Position numbers and translations under genes: made by a program | Assembly: GCA_017577945.2 (NCBI GenBank) | Contig: PKQS02000009.1 | Span: 787-64,786, forward strand | DNA length: 64,000 nucleotides | DNA from: Bacillota bacterium | GTDB lineage: Bacteria > Bacillota > Limnochordia > Limnochordales > ZCTH02-B6 | Reading direction: 5' to 3' | The notes under the pieces: generated by a model | The model's input: only the letters and a program-made list of their open reading frames with translations | The model's database searches: none | What the model was told of the DNA's origin: nothing | In this document: piece by piece, positions 20,254 through 29,462 of the stretch | How the letters are laid out: each line of letters begins with the position of its first letter | Position numbering within the stretch: the first letter of the stretch is position 1

Positions 20254-21687
20254 CTACGCGGTCGTTGAAACCGCGGGCACCTCCGCTTCGCCGACCAACG
20301 TCCACGTGCGCGCGCGCGTGATGCGGACCGGGATAATGCGCCCGATTAGGTCAGGACTGCCGGGGAACGTGACGAGCTTATTGCCCCGCGTGCGCCCGTT
20401 GAGCATGCCCGGCTCCTTCTCGTTTTGGCCTTCCACCAGCACTTCCTGCACGGTGCCCACCAGGGCGGCGTTCTTGCGGGCGCTGATTTCGTTCTGCACC
20501 TGAATCAGCCGCTGCAGCCGCTCCCGCTTCACTTCCTCCGGCACCGGGTTAGGCAGGTTCGGCGCGCCGGTGCCCGGGCGCGGCGAGTACATGAACATGA
20601 ACGCGTTGTCGAACTCCACCTCGCGGACGAGGCTGAGGGTGTCTTCGAATTCCTCCTCCGTCTCGCCCGGAAAGCCCACGATGATGTCAGTCGTCAGCGT
20701 CAGGTCGGGTATGTTCTTGCGCAGCTTCTCCACCAGCTTGAGATACTCCGCCCGGGTGTAGCGCCGGCCCATCAGCTTCAGGATGCGGTCGTTGCCCGAC
20801 TGCACCGGCAGGTGCAGATCCTCCATGACCTTCTTCGCGTCCCGGATGCATTCGATGAGCTCGTCCGTGATATCCTTCGGGTGCGACGTCCGGAAGCGCA
20901 GCCGCTCGATGCCCTCGATCTCGTTCAGACGCCACAGCAGCTTGGCCAGCGTCGTGCCGTCGCCCAAATCTTTCCCGTAGGCGTCGACCGTCTGGCCCAG
21001 CAGCGTCACTTCTTTGTAGCCTTCCGCCGCCAGCTGCTCCACCTCGTTGATAATGAAGCCCGCCCGGCGGCTGCGCATGCGGCCGCGCGTCTGCGGCACG
21101 ATGCAGAAGCTGCAGCGGTAATCGCAGCCGTAAATGATGGTTACGAACGCCTTCAGCTTGTTGTCGCGGATAATCGGCAAACCTTCGACAATGTCGCCGT
21201 GCTCGTCCCACACTTCCATGACGCGCTGGCCGGTCTGCTCCACTTGCTGGACCAGCTCCGGCAGGCGGTGGATGTTCATGGTGCCGAAAATGAGGTCAAC
21301 GTGCGGCAGCTGCTCCCACAGCTTCTGCCGCTCCACCTTGCTCTGGGGCATGCAGCCGCTGATGCCGATGATGAGCTTCGGATTTTTCTCCTTCAGCTCT
21401 TTCAGCGCGTGCACTTGCCCGTACACTTTGCGCTCCGGGTTTTCACGCACGGCGCACGTGTTGTATAGGATCAAGTCCGCCTCGGCCGGATTGTCGGTGC
21501 GCTCGTAGCCGATGCCGGCCAGCAGGCCATACATCGTCTGCGTGTCCAGCTCGTTCATCTGGCAGCCGAGGGTGACGATATAGACCTTCTTGTCGCCCCG
21601 AACGCCGGCAGGAACGCGTGCCGGCGCGGCGGAATGTATATGATTGCCAGGGTTGTTGATAATCGGCAGCGTACGCTCCAAGGCCAT
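20254..21687 (-). CDS. miaB: tRNA (i6A37) methylthiotransferase MiaB
   Basis: LGCQMN, radical-SAM CDYRCSFC, and a C-terminal TRAM domain. The exact start is uncertain, because the SD abuts the ATG. Confidence 0.93.
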   Translation of the reverse strand: MALERTLPIINNPGNHIHSAAPARVPAGVRGDKKVYIVTLGCQMNELDTQTMYGLLAGIGYERTDNPAEADLILYNTCAVRENPERKVYGQVHALKELKEKNPKLIIGISGCMPQSKVERQKLWEQLPHVDLIFGTMNIHRLPELVQQVEQTGQRVMEVWDEHGDIVEGLPIIRDNKLKAFVTIIYGCDYRCSFCIVPQTRGRMRSRRAGFIINEVEQLAAEGYKEVTLLGQTVDAYGKDLGDGTTLAKLLWRLNEIEGIERLRFRTSHPKDITDELIECIRDAKKVMEDLHLPVQSGNDRILKLMGRRYTRAEYLKLVEKLRKNIPDLTLTTDIIVGFPGETEEEFEDTLSLVREVEFDNAFMFMYSPRPGTGAPNLPNPVPEEVKRERLQRLIQVQNEISARKNAALVGTVQEVLVEGQNEKEPGMLNGRTRGNKLVTFPGSPDLIGRIIPVRITRARTWTLVGEAEVPAVSTTA

Positions 21688-21722
21688 TCCCCCTCGTGCG
21701 GCGCCTTCGGATGCACGCGTCC

Positions 21723-21751
21723 ATTGTAGTACAACGGACAGGGTTCAGCAA
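21723..21751 (-). promoter_or_regulatory. Candidate promoter for miaB-mutS-mutL, TTGCTG-17 nt-TACAAT
   Basis: Sequence match 36 nt upstream of the miaB start. Confidence 0.45.
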
Positions 21752-21831
21752 GCGAAGGGCTTCCGCCGGCTCGGCCGGCCGCGCCGGCCGGCGGTCTGCC
21801 GCCCAGGACCTGCGCCGGCGCCCGGAAGAAG

Positions 21832-21960
21832 GTGACTCCCTTGCGCCGCCGCAAACTTTGGAAAGCCTTTTGGTTCGGCATTGCCTTAGGACTGCTGCTC
21901 GCCGTCATCCGCCACGCGGCCGCCGAATTCCGCTACATCCGCGCGTTGTTCTTCGAATAG
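21832..21960 (+). CDS. Candidate small membrane protein (39-42 aa), below the ORF-track size cutoff
   Basis: MRRRKLWKAFWFGIALGLLLAVIRHAAAEFRYIRALFFE: one TM helix and about 80 percent GC3. TTG at 21841 has AAGAAGGTGA upstream. It fills an otherwise empty 300-nt gap. Confidence 0.3.
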   Translation: MTPLRRRKLWKAFWFGIALGLLLAVIRHAAAEFRYIRALFFE

Positions 21961-21989
21961 TTCCCCTTCCCGGCTGCGGGCCACGCCCA

Positions 21990-23177
21990 TCACACGGCGT
22001 ACGCGGGCTGCGGCTCCACGGCCATGGTTTCGATGCTTGCCACGGCCTGCGCGACCAGTCCTTCCACGTCCAGCGCCTGCTCAGCGGCTTCCACGTCCGC
22101 CAGGGCGGGCTTCGTCGCCGGGTGCTCGGGCACGAAAATCGTGCAGCAGTCTTCGTACGGGCGAATGGAAATCTCATACGTGCCGATGCGCTGCGCGAGG
22201 GCGATGGTCTCCTGCTTGTCGAAGGCCACCAGCGGCCGCAAAATCGGCATCGTCGTCACGGCATTGATGGCGGCCATGCTCTCCAGCGTCTGGCTGGCCA
22301 CCTGGCCCACGCTTTCGCCCGTGACGAGCGCCACCGCGCCGACGGCCGCGGCGTGCCGCGCGGCGACGCGCACCATGAAACGCCGCATCACCGTCATGGT
22401 CAGCTCTTCGGGCACTTTCCGGTAAATCTCTTTTTGCACTTCCGTAAAGTGCACCACGTGCAGGGGCAGCGGCTCCGGGCTCCACGCCGCCAGCACGCGG
22501 CACAAGTCCACGACTTTTTCTTTGGCCCGCTCGCTGGTGAAAGGTGGGCTGTGGAAATGCAAGGCGTGCACCTTGATGCCCCGCTTCATGGCCATCCAGC
22601 CGGCCACCGGGCTGTCGATGCCGCCCGAGAGCAACAGCAGCGCGCGGCTGCTCGCGCCGACGGGCAAGCCCCCGGGACCGGCCACCTCTTCCGCATACAC
22701 GTACGCCGCGCGGTCGCGGATTTCCACCGTCACCGTCACGTCGGGATCGGTCATGCGCACGGACAAATTCGGCACGTGGCGCAGCACGTACGCCCCCACC
22801 AAGTGGTTGAGCTCCTGCGACGTGTACGGAAACCGCTTGTTGGCCCGGCGCGCAGAGACCCGAAACGTGCGCGCCGGATCCCCCGGCCGCCGCACGAGCT
22901 GCGCGGCCGCCTCCTGGATGGCTTCCAACGCCAGCGGCGTGCGCAGCGCCGGGTTGACCGCGACGATGCCGAAGACGCGCTGCAGCCGGCGCAGCGCCTC
23001 CGCCGTACGCTCCGGGTCCACGTCGACGAACATGCGCCCGTATTCCCGGTACACCTTGGCCGGCACGTCAGGCGCCAGCGCGGCCCGCATGTTGCCGACG
23101 AGAATGTCTTCAAACAGGTGGCGGTTGCGCCCCTTCAAGCCGATTTCTCCGTAACGGATGAGGAGCGTCTGCTCCAC
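21990..23177 (-). CDS. thiI: tRNA 4-thiouridine synthase ThiI (395 aa)
   Basis: RYGEIGLKGRNR THUMP start and LLLSGGIDSPVA PP-loop. I re-called the start to GTG 23177 (GGAGGG 8 nt upstream). Confidence 0.93.
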   Translation of the reverse strand: MEQTLLIRYGEIGLKGRNRHLFEDILVGNMRAALAPDVPAKVYREYGRMFVDVDPERTAEALRRLQRVFGIVAVNPALRTPLALEAIQEAAAQLVRRPGDPARTFRVSARRANKRFPYTSQELNHLVGAYVLRHVPNLSVRMTDPDVTVTVEIRDRAAYVYAEEVAGPGGLPVGASSRALLLLSGGIDSPVAGWMAMKRGIKVHALHFHSPPFTSERAKEKVVDLCRVLAAWSPEPLPLHVVHFTEVQKEIYRKVPEELTMTVMRRFMVRVAARHAAAVGAVALVTGESVGQVASQTLESMAAINAVTTMPILRPLVAFDKQETIALAQRIGTYEISIRPYEDCCTIFVPEHPATKPALADVEAAEQALDVEGLVAQAVASIETMAVEPQPAYAV

Positions 23178-23208
23178 GGACCGATCCCTCCAACGCCGTC
23201 CCGCGCGC

Positions 23209-24366
23209 CTACGCGCGCGCGAACTCACGCAGTTCCAGCGCCACCGCCGCGATGCGCCGCGCGGCTTCCTCGACTTCTTCCGCAGTCGTCAGCCGCGACA
23301 AGCTCAGGCGAATGGTCCCTTCCGCCCGCCTCTCGTCGAGCCCCAGCGCCTTCAGCACCCGCTGGCCCTTGCGCCGGCGCGACGAGCACGCCGAGCCGGT
23401 CGACACGTACACCCCGCGCTCGGCCAGCGCGTGTACGAGCACTTCCCCGCGCAGCCCGGGGAAGGAGACGCTCAAAATGTGAGGCGCGCTGGCGGCTTCG
23501 TCGGCCGGCCCGTTGCGCACGGCGAACGGTACGGCCGCGGCGATGCGTTCCCAAAGCAAATTCTTGAGCGCGCGGGTCTTCTCCATCTCCGCCGGCATGT
23601 CGGCCGCCGCTTTCGCAGCTACGCCGAAGCCGGCGATGCCCGGCACGTTTTCCGTGCCCGGGCGGATGCCCTTCTCCTGCGTGCCGGGGCCGAACAAGGG
23701 CGCCAGCCGGACGCCTTCCCGCACAAACAGCGCCCCGACGCCTTTGGGCCCGTGAATCTTGTGCCCGCTGACGGTCAGCAAATCCGCGGGCACCTCGTCG
23801 AGCCGAATCGGCACTTTGCCGAACGCCTGCACCGCGTCGAAATGGAGCCACACGTCGGGACGCCGCTCCTTCACCGCCCGGGCGATTTCCGCCACCGGGT
23901 GCAACGTCCCGACTTCGTTGTTGACCCACATCAGCGTGACGAGGCCCGTGTCGTCCCGCAGTGCGGCGAGCACGTCCTCCACCCGCACGCGGCCTTCGCT
24001 GTCCACGGGCAGCACTGTCACGGAAAAGCCTTCATCCTCCAGCGACTCCACGGCGTTGAACACCGACGGGTGCTCCGTGGCCGCCGTTATGACGTGGCGA
24101 TACCGGCCGGCCCGAGCCCGAGCCGCGCCTTTGATGGCCAGCGCGTTGGCTTCCGTGCCGCCGGAGGTGAACAGGATTTCGTCGGGCCGGGCCCGCAGCG
24201 CGGCAGCCACGTTGCGCCGCGCCTCGGCCACGATGCGCTCGGCCTCGACTCCCTTCGTATGCACGGACGACGGGTTGCCCCATGCCGTCTTCAGCACGTG
24301 ATTGACGGCCTCGATGACCTCCGGCAACGGCGGCGTCGTCGCGGCGTTGTCCAGGTAAATCTCCAC
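23209..24366 (-). CDS. nifZ: Cysteine desulfurase (NifS/IscS class V aminotransferase), ThiI partner
   Basis: IYLDNAATT, SGHKIHGPKG PLP-lysine, and GSACSS active-site Cys. I re-called the start to GTG 24366 (24378 is an alternative). Confidence 0.9.
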   Translation of the reverse strand: MEIYLDNAATTPPLPEVIEAVNHVLKTAWGNPSSVHTKGVEAERIVAEARRNVAAALRARPDEILFTSGGTEANALAIKGAARARAGRYRHVITAATEHPSVFNAVESLEDEGFSVTVLPVDSEGRVRVEDVLAALRDDTGLVTLMWVNNEVGTLHPVAEIARAVKERRPDVWLHFDAVQAFGKVPIRLDEVPADLLTVSGHKIHGPKGVGALFVREGVRLAPLFGPGTQEKGIRPGTENVPGIAGFGVAAKAAADMPAEMEKTRALKNLLWERIAAAVPFAVRNGPADEAASAPHILSVSFPGLRGEVLVHALAERGVYVSTGSACSSRRRKGQRVLKALGLDERRAEGTIRLSLSRLTTAEEVEEAARRIAAVALELREFARA

Positions 24367-24538
24367 GCTGGCGCGCACCTCCCGCCTTCCCAGTATATCA
24401 AAAGGGGCGTTCGCGGAACGCCCCTTTCGCCCATGCTTGTCCCGGCGCCGATGTCCGGGCCGGTACACCGGATGATGGATTGAGGCCGGCGCCGGGCTCC
24501 GCCGTTGCGGCTCGGGCCCGGGCGCGGCGCGCCGGTCT

Positions 24539-26122
24539 CTAGTTGGCGAACCCCAGCAGCAGCGCCAGAATGGCGGCGCCGATGCCCAGCGTTCCCATGC
24601 TGCGGGTGCGCTGCAGCTCTTCCTCGGTGCGCTGGCGGTAGGTGGAGAACTCGCTCTGCAGGTCCGCCAGCTGCCGCGCGAGCTGCTGTTCGCGCGCCAG
24701 CGTCAGCGCCAGCTGTTCGTCCAGCTCTCGGCGAACGCGCTCGGTCAGCGCCGCAATCTGCTCTTCGCTGGTACCCAGCACACCTTGCAGCGTGGCCAGT
24801 TCTTCCTGCACCCGCTGCAGCTCGCTGCGCAACTCGCCGTACTCGGCGTCCATGCGCGCCTGCAGTGTGTCGACGTCGGCCCGCAAGGCGTCCGCGGCCG
24901 TCATCACGTCGCGCACCGCGTCCGTAAGCGTTGCCGTGTGGCGCTCGACGATGCGCAAGTTGTCCCGCAGCTCCTGGATGCTCGTGTCCAGCATGGCGAG
25001 CATGGCGCGCAGCTCGGCGACGTCGTTGTCGAAGCGGCCGGTGTCGGACGCCGTCTGTTGTTCGAGAGCCGCCAGCGCCGCCGCCAGCGTCTCCAGCGCG
25101 CGGGTGTGCTCCGCGACGGCCGCGCGATGCTGCTCTACGTCCGCCTGCAAGCGGTGCACCGCCTCATCCAGCCGCGACGTCTCGGCCCGCACCTGTGCGA
25201 TGTCCTGCGAAAAGAGCGAAGCCTGCTGCTGCAGCCGCGCGCCGTACTCTTCCGTCAGCGCCGTTTGCAATTCGCCCAGCGCCGCCCGCAGTTCCGCCGT
25301 CGACTGGCGCACCGTCTCCAGCTGCGCCGCCAGCTCGTCGGTGCGCGCCTTGAAGGCCGCGTCCAGTTCGTTCAGGCGCAGGAACATGGCCGCGCCCTGC
25401 TCGCTCAGCCGGTTGTTCAACGGCACCAGCTCTTCGTCGATGCGCGCCTGCAGCGCCGCCAGCTGCGCCGCCAGGTCTCCGTAGGCGCGCGTTTGCTGTG
25501 CGAACTGCTCGTCCACCGCCACGCCATACGCGGCCAGCGTGTCCGTCACGGCGGCGTACAGCCCCTCGATGGATTGCTGCAGCTCGCTGCGCACCGCCGT
25601 CAGCTGGGCGGACAGCTGGGCCAGCCGCTCGTTCAGCGCCGCCACGTCAAGGTCGTGGCCGCTCAGCCGGCCTTCCGCCACTTGCAGCGCGCCGTCGATG
25701 CGCTCCAGCTCGAACAGAATGTTGTTCAGCTGTTCGTCGATGACGGCCAGCTGCCGCTGTGTCCGGGCCGTGATTTCCGCCAACTCCTCTCGCGCGGCGT
25801 ACCATTGCACCAGCTCGGCCCGGAACTCGGACTCCAGGCGACGCAGCAGCTCGATGTCGGCCGCCGTGCCGACTTGGACGCGGCCCGCCTGGATGTCCTC
25901 CAGCATGCGCGCAACCAACACCGCCAGGTCAAAGCGGCTGACCGGCTCGTCCCCCCGGAACAGCCCCTGGGCGTCCGTGGACAAGTAGCCCCGGGACAAA
26001 AGCGTCTGCACCGCCTCGTAGGCCCAGTGGCCCGGCGGCACGTCCGCCGTCTGGGCCGACGCCGCGCCGGCCAGCAACAACAGCAGCAAGCTGGTGAGCA
26101 ATCCTTTCCGGATCATCCTCAT
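24539..26122 (-). CDS. Signal peptide + single SLH domain + about 430-aa coiled coil + C-terminal TM helix protein (527 aa)
   Basis: Cleavable leader ending ASA-Q. SLH motif HWAYEAVQTLLSRGYL...FRGDEPVSRFDLAVLVARML. Heptad-rich, Q/A/E/L-dominated body. Last 20 residues are MGTLGIGAAILALLLGFAN. GGAGGAG SD. Confidence 0.8.
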   Translation of the reverse strand: MRMIRKGLLTSLLLLLLAGAASAQTADVPPGHWAYEAVQTLLSRGYLSTDAQGLFRGDEPVSRFDLAVLVARMLEDIQAGRVQVGTAADIELLRRLESEFRAELVQWYAAREELAEITARTQRQLAVIDEQLNNILFELERIDGALQVAEGRLSGHDLDVAALNERLAQLSAQLTAVRSELQQSIEGLYAAVTDTLAAYGVAVDEQFAQQTRAYGDLAAQLAALQARIDEELVPLNNRLSEQGAAMFLRLNELDAAFKARTDELAAQLETVRQSTAELRAALGELQTALTEEYGARLQQQASLFSQDIAQVRAETSRLDEAVHRLQADVEQHRAAVAEHTRALETLAAALAALEQQTASDTGRFDNDVAELRAMLAMLDTSIQELRDNLRIVERHTATLTDAVRDVMTAADALRADVDTLQARMDAEYGELRSELQRVQEELATLQGVLGTSEEQIAALTERVRRELDEQLALTLAREQQLARQLADLQSEFSTYRQRTEEELQRTRSMGTLGIGAAILALLLGFAN

Positions 26123-26161
26123 CGCTTCTCTCCTCCATGTCAGGCTGACCGAAAGTTCTCG

Positions 26162-28300
26162 TCAGCGGGCGTCGTCCCGCACGACGACGACGGCTTCTTG
26201 CACCACGACGTCCACCGCGGTGCCGTCTTCCGCCGCGATGAAGGCGGCCTGCGCCTCGGGGTCCAGGTACGGATGGTCGGCCACCGTCGCCAGCCGCAGC
26301 GCCGTCGTGCCGGGGCCCACGGCCCGGAAGCGGATGGCCGCCAGCGTGTCGCTCAGGCGAGCCGCCCCGCCTTCCGGCGCCCGGCTGCCGGCGATGCGCA
26401 CGACACCCCGTTCGTTGTCGACCATGGGCGTACGCCAGTCAAGCTTCGTCTCCTGCCCCGTTGCGGGATCGGCCACGACGAACGCCCGGCCGCGATCGAC
26501 GCCGAGGCGGCCGCCCAGCACTTGCAGGACGGACGGATCGAACCGCAGCTCCAGCGCCGCGCCGTAAAACTCCCGCACGTTTTCGGCGTGGATGTAGACG
26601 GTGAACAAGTCGCCCACGACCGCCTCCTTGCGTACGGCCGCCTCATCGTCCACGGTCACCCGCAGCACCGACTCCAGCAGCGGCACGGCCACGAAAGCCG
26701 TCGGCAACCGGCCGATGGACGCGTTGCTGGACGTCAGGCGCAGTGACACCGGCAAGTTGCCCACCACGCCCGTGGGAACCAAGTGCCAGGTGACCTCGAC
26801 TGTCTCGCCCGGCTGCACGGGACCGATGTAGCGCTCCGCCGCGCTGCCGCGGGCCAGCTGCAGGCCGAACACCGTGTCCAGGCGGGCCACCACATCCTCC
26901 GCCACCAGCTGGCCGACGTTGGTGATCCGCGCCGTCATGGGCAGCGGCACGTTGCCCCAGCGGCCGTCGCGGACCGTGATCTCGCCGTTGGGCAGGGCCG
27001 CCTCCAGGGCCGCCGGCGCGATGACGACCACCGTGCGGTCGACTCGGTTCGGATCCGCGTTGCTGGAGGTCACCGAGACCCGGTACGTGAACGAACCCGA
27101 CGAACCGGCCGGCACGGCCACGCGCCAGGTGACCTGGCGAGAGTCGCGCGGCGCCAGGTCGCCCAGGGCCACCGACGCCGGACCCTCCACAATCCGCAGC
27201 GGCGCGAGATTTTCCAGGCGCACCACCGTGTCCCGCGCGATCCATTCGCCGGTGTTCTCGATGTACGCCCGCACTTCGAAGAGGACGTCGCGGTTGTGGC
27301 TGCCTTCCACCGACGCCGGCGACGTGACGCCGACCGACAGGTGGCCCGGCGCGATGGTGATGCCGCCCAGGCCGTAGTACGTCACGTATGTCCGCGTCTC
27401 GCCCGGCGCCAGCGGCCGTTCATACCAGAAGAGCGCCACCGCGCTGTCCAGCGCGAACTCTTCCCCGGCGCGCGTGAAGTCGCGCCCGGGCACGAAGTCG
27501 AACTCCCACACGCCGTCGGCCAGGCTGCCCCAGTTGGTGAAGTACACTTCGTCGGGAACCGTGGTGTCCAAGGCGCGCAGCGTGCCCTGCGACACGACTT
27601 GCGGATTGGCCAGCGAGTCAAAGGCCTGGTAGTAATCGGGGATGCTGTCGCCGCGGAACGCCGTGTCCGTCAGGATGGCCCGCCCGGCCGCCTGGAACGG
27701 CGCCCCGTCGTTGCGGCCCAGCAGCGTGTCGAGCATGAGCCGCAAGCCGACGTTCACCGTCGTCGTCCCGGTGTTGGTGATCCGGTACTCGATGCGCGCC
27801 GTGTCCGGCCGCCCCGTGGTGATGCCCGGGGCGATGCTGAGGATTTGGGTGACGACGATGTCGCCTGCGCGCCAGACCGTATGGATTTCGCGTCCTTCGT
27901 GGATAAACGGCTTCTCGACGACTTCGCCGTACAGCCCTAAACGGCCGGCCCGCCGCCCCGTAGGGCCGCCGAACACGTAATTGACTCCGTTAATGCGCAC
28001 GGTCGTATACGACGTCCACGGTCCCGGCGGCTGTTCCGTGCCGAAAATGAGCGGGCGGTTCTCATCGCCGACGCGCTCGGGATCGCCGCCCGTGGTGTTG
28101 ACGGAAAAACGCCCGGTGTCCTCGTCGCGCGCGTTGACGACGATGGCGATGAACTCGTTCTCCAACACGACGCTGTCGCCGACGCGGCTTTGCAACTGCT
28201 GCGCGCCGGCCGCTGCGCCGCATGCCAGCAAGAGTGCCACGGCGCCCAGCAGCGGGACCAAGCGGCGACGACGAGCCCTGTTGCGTCCGTGTTCCGTCAC
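26162..28300 (-). CDS. Secreted multi-domain beta-rich protein with CARDB/NEW3-like repeats and a C-terminal cohesin-like domain (712 aa)
   Basis: Arg-rich signal peptide. Repeated 'PGE/DS..V.W.V..P.G' Ig-like modules. GDLFTVYIHAENVREFYGAALELRFDPSVLQV matches the type-I cohesin core pattern. GTG start with AAGGAG. Confidence 0.65.
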   Translation of the reverse strand: MTEHGRNRARRRRLVPLLGAVALLLACGAAAGAQQLQSRVGDSVVLENEFIAIVVNARDEDTGRFSVNTTGGDPERVGDENRPLIFGTEQPPGPWTSYTTVRINGVNYVFGGPTGRRAGRLGLYGEVVEKPFIHEGREIHTVWRAGDIVVTQILSIAPGITTGRPDTARIEYRITNTGTTTVNVGLRLMLDTLLGRNDGAPFQAAGRAILTDTAFRGDSIPDYYQAFDSLANPQVVSQGTLRALDTTVPDEVYFTNWGSLADGVWEFDFVPGRDFTRAGEEFALDSAVALFWYERPLAPGETRTYVTYYGLGGITIAPGHLSVGVTSPASVEGSHNRDVLFEVRAYIENTGEWIARDTVVRLENLAPLRIVEGPASVALGDLAPRDSRQVTWRVAVPAGSSGSFTYRVSVTSSNADPNRVDRTVVVIAPAALEAALPNGEITVRDGRWGNVPLPMTARITNVGQLVAEDVVARLDTVFGLQLARGSAAERYIGPVQPGETVEVTWHLVPTGVVGNLPVSLRLTSSNASIGRLPTAFVAVPLLESVLRVTVDDEAAVRKEAVVGDLFTVYIHAENVREFYGAALELRFDPSVLQVLGGRLGVDRGRAFVVADPATGQETKLDWRTPMVDNERGVVRIAGSRAPEGGAARLSDTLAAIRFRAVGPGTTALRLATVADHPYLDPEAQAAFIAAEDGTAVDVVVQEAVVVVRDDAR

Positions 28301-28333
28301 GATGCTCCACTCCTTGTCGCCGGAACTAACCCG

Positions 28334-29404
28334 TCACCGGCGTTCGACGAACTGCGGCTGCGGCTGCCAGACGGTCTGCCCTTCCTGGGAGCCCGTCGTG
28401 AACGTGACGCGCCACACTTCCACGTACGGCGACCCCGTGGCTTCAAACGACCAGCGCTCCATCAGGCCCACCAGCGCCTCGTCCACCATGTCGCGGCCCG
28501 AAGAAGCCAGCAGGACCACTCGTTCGACGCTGCCGTCGGCCCGCACGTAAATCTCCACCTGCACGTCGCTCAGCCGGACGTCCAAGGGCGTGTCTTCCAC
28601 CGCCTTCGGGCGGCCGAAGCCGAAGCGAGTCGCAAAGCTGACTCCCGCCGGTCCACCCGGCTGGGTTCCTTGCCCATCGACGGTGCCTTCCGGCGCGCCC
28701 TGGACCACCTCGTCGCCCGGTTGCGCCGCTCCCGGCGCGCCGTCGCCGGCGCCGGGCGCAACGTCCGCGGCGGCTTCCGGCTCAGGCTGCCGCGCCACCT
28801 CGGGAGCCGGCTCCGGCACAGGTTCGGGTTCCGGCTCAGGCTTCGGCGCCGGCTCGGGCTCCAGCGCCGCCGCCACCTCGAACGTGCCTTGCTCGCTCAC
28901 GAGAATGTCCTCGGCGACGCCCGGCTCCGGTTCGGCTTCAGGCTGCGGGGCGGGCGCAGGGGCAGGCTCCGGCTCAGGCCGGGGAGCCGGCGCCGGCTCC
29001 GGTTGGGGTGCGGGCCGGGGCTCCGGCTGCGGCGCGGGCCGCGGCACCGCCGCGACCGCAGGCGCAGGCGGTGCGGCCGGCTGCACCTGCTGCTGTTCCG
29101 TCCGCACGGCCACCGCGGCTTGCGGCTCGGCCGGCTGCGGCGCCTGCTGCTGGCGCGGCGGGCGGGGCTGCACGGGCGCCGCCGGCGTCGGCGCCGGGGG
29201 CGCCTGGATTGCCGACTGTCCTGGCACGAAAACGAACTCCACCAGGCCGCCGTCCGCAGGGCCGAACCAGCCGATGCCGTACAGGGAGCCTTCCATCTGC
29301 GGCCACAGCCAGATGAACAGCGCGTGCAACACGACCGAGATTAGGAGAAACCAGCCGAAACGAGACTGTTCCTCGTATTCGTCGGTGAACACCGGGCGTC
29401 TCAC
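28334..29404 (-). CDS. TonB/TolA-like energy transducer (356 aa)
   Basis: N-terminal TM with the SxxxH motif (LISVVLHAL), about 140-aa Pro-rich spacer, and a TonB_C-like end ([38 protein letters not shown]). Confidence 0.8.
   Translation of the reverse strand: MRRPVFTDEYEEQSRFGWFLLISVVLHALFIWLWPQMEGSLYGIGWFGPADGGLVEFVFVPGQSAIQAPPAPTPAAPVQPRPPRQQQAPQPAEPQAAVAVRTEQQQVQPAAPPAPAVAAVPRPAPQPEPRPAPQPEPAPAPRPEPEPAPAPAPQPEAEPEPGVAEDILVSEQGTFEVAAALEPEPAPKPEPEPEPVPEPAPEVARQPEPEAAADVAPGAGDGAPGAAQPGDEVVQGAPEGTVDGQGTQPGGPAGVSFATRFGFGRPKAVEDTPLDVRLSDVQVEIYVRADGSVERVVLLASSGRDMVDEALVGLMERWSFEATGSPYVEVWRVTFTTGSQEGQTVWQPQPQFVERR
28775..29203. repeat. Low-complexity Pro/Glu/Ala coding repeats (PEPxPAP units) inside the TonB-like gene
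   Basis: Reiterated ccggctccgg / ggctcaggc units in the DNA. Translation reads [39 protein letters not shown]. Confidence 0.8.
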
Positions 29405-29462
29405 CTGCCTTCCCTGGCCTGCAGGCCCGCGCGCCGCCCACGGCGCTTCTTCTCACGAGCGT

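Noticed and set aside
24785-26746. 653-aa plus-strand ORF over the SLH/coiled-coil gene
   Set aside because: It is the mirror image of a repetitive Gln/Ala/Glu/Leu coiled-coil coding sequence. Stop-free antisense frames are expected there. The product is R/L/Q/H low complexity.
28775-29203. Repetitive DNA that could superficially resemble a repeat array or CRISPR
   Set aside because: The repeats are short (6-15 nt), imperfect, in-frame, and encode the Pro-rich spacer of the TonB-like protein. There is no spacer-repeat architecture.
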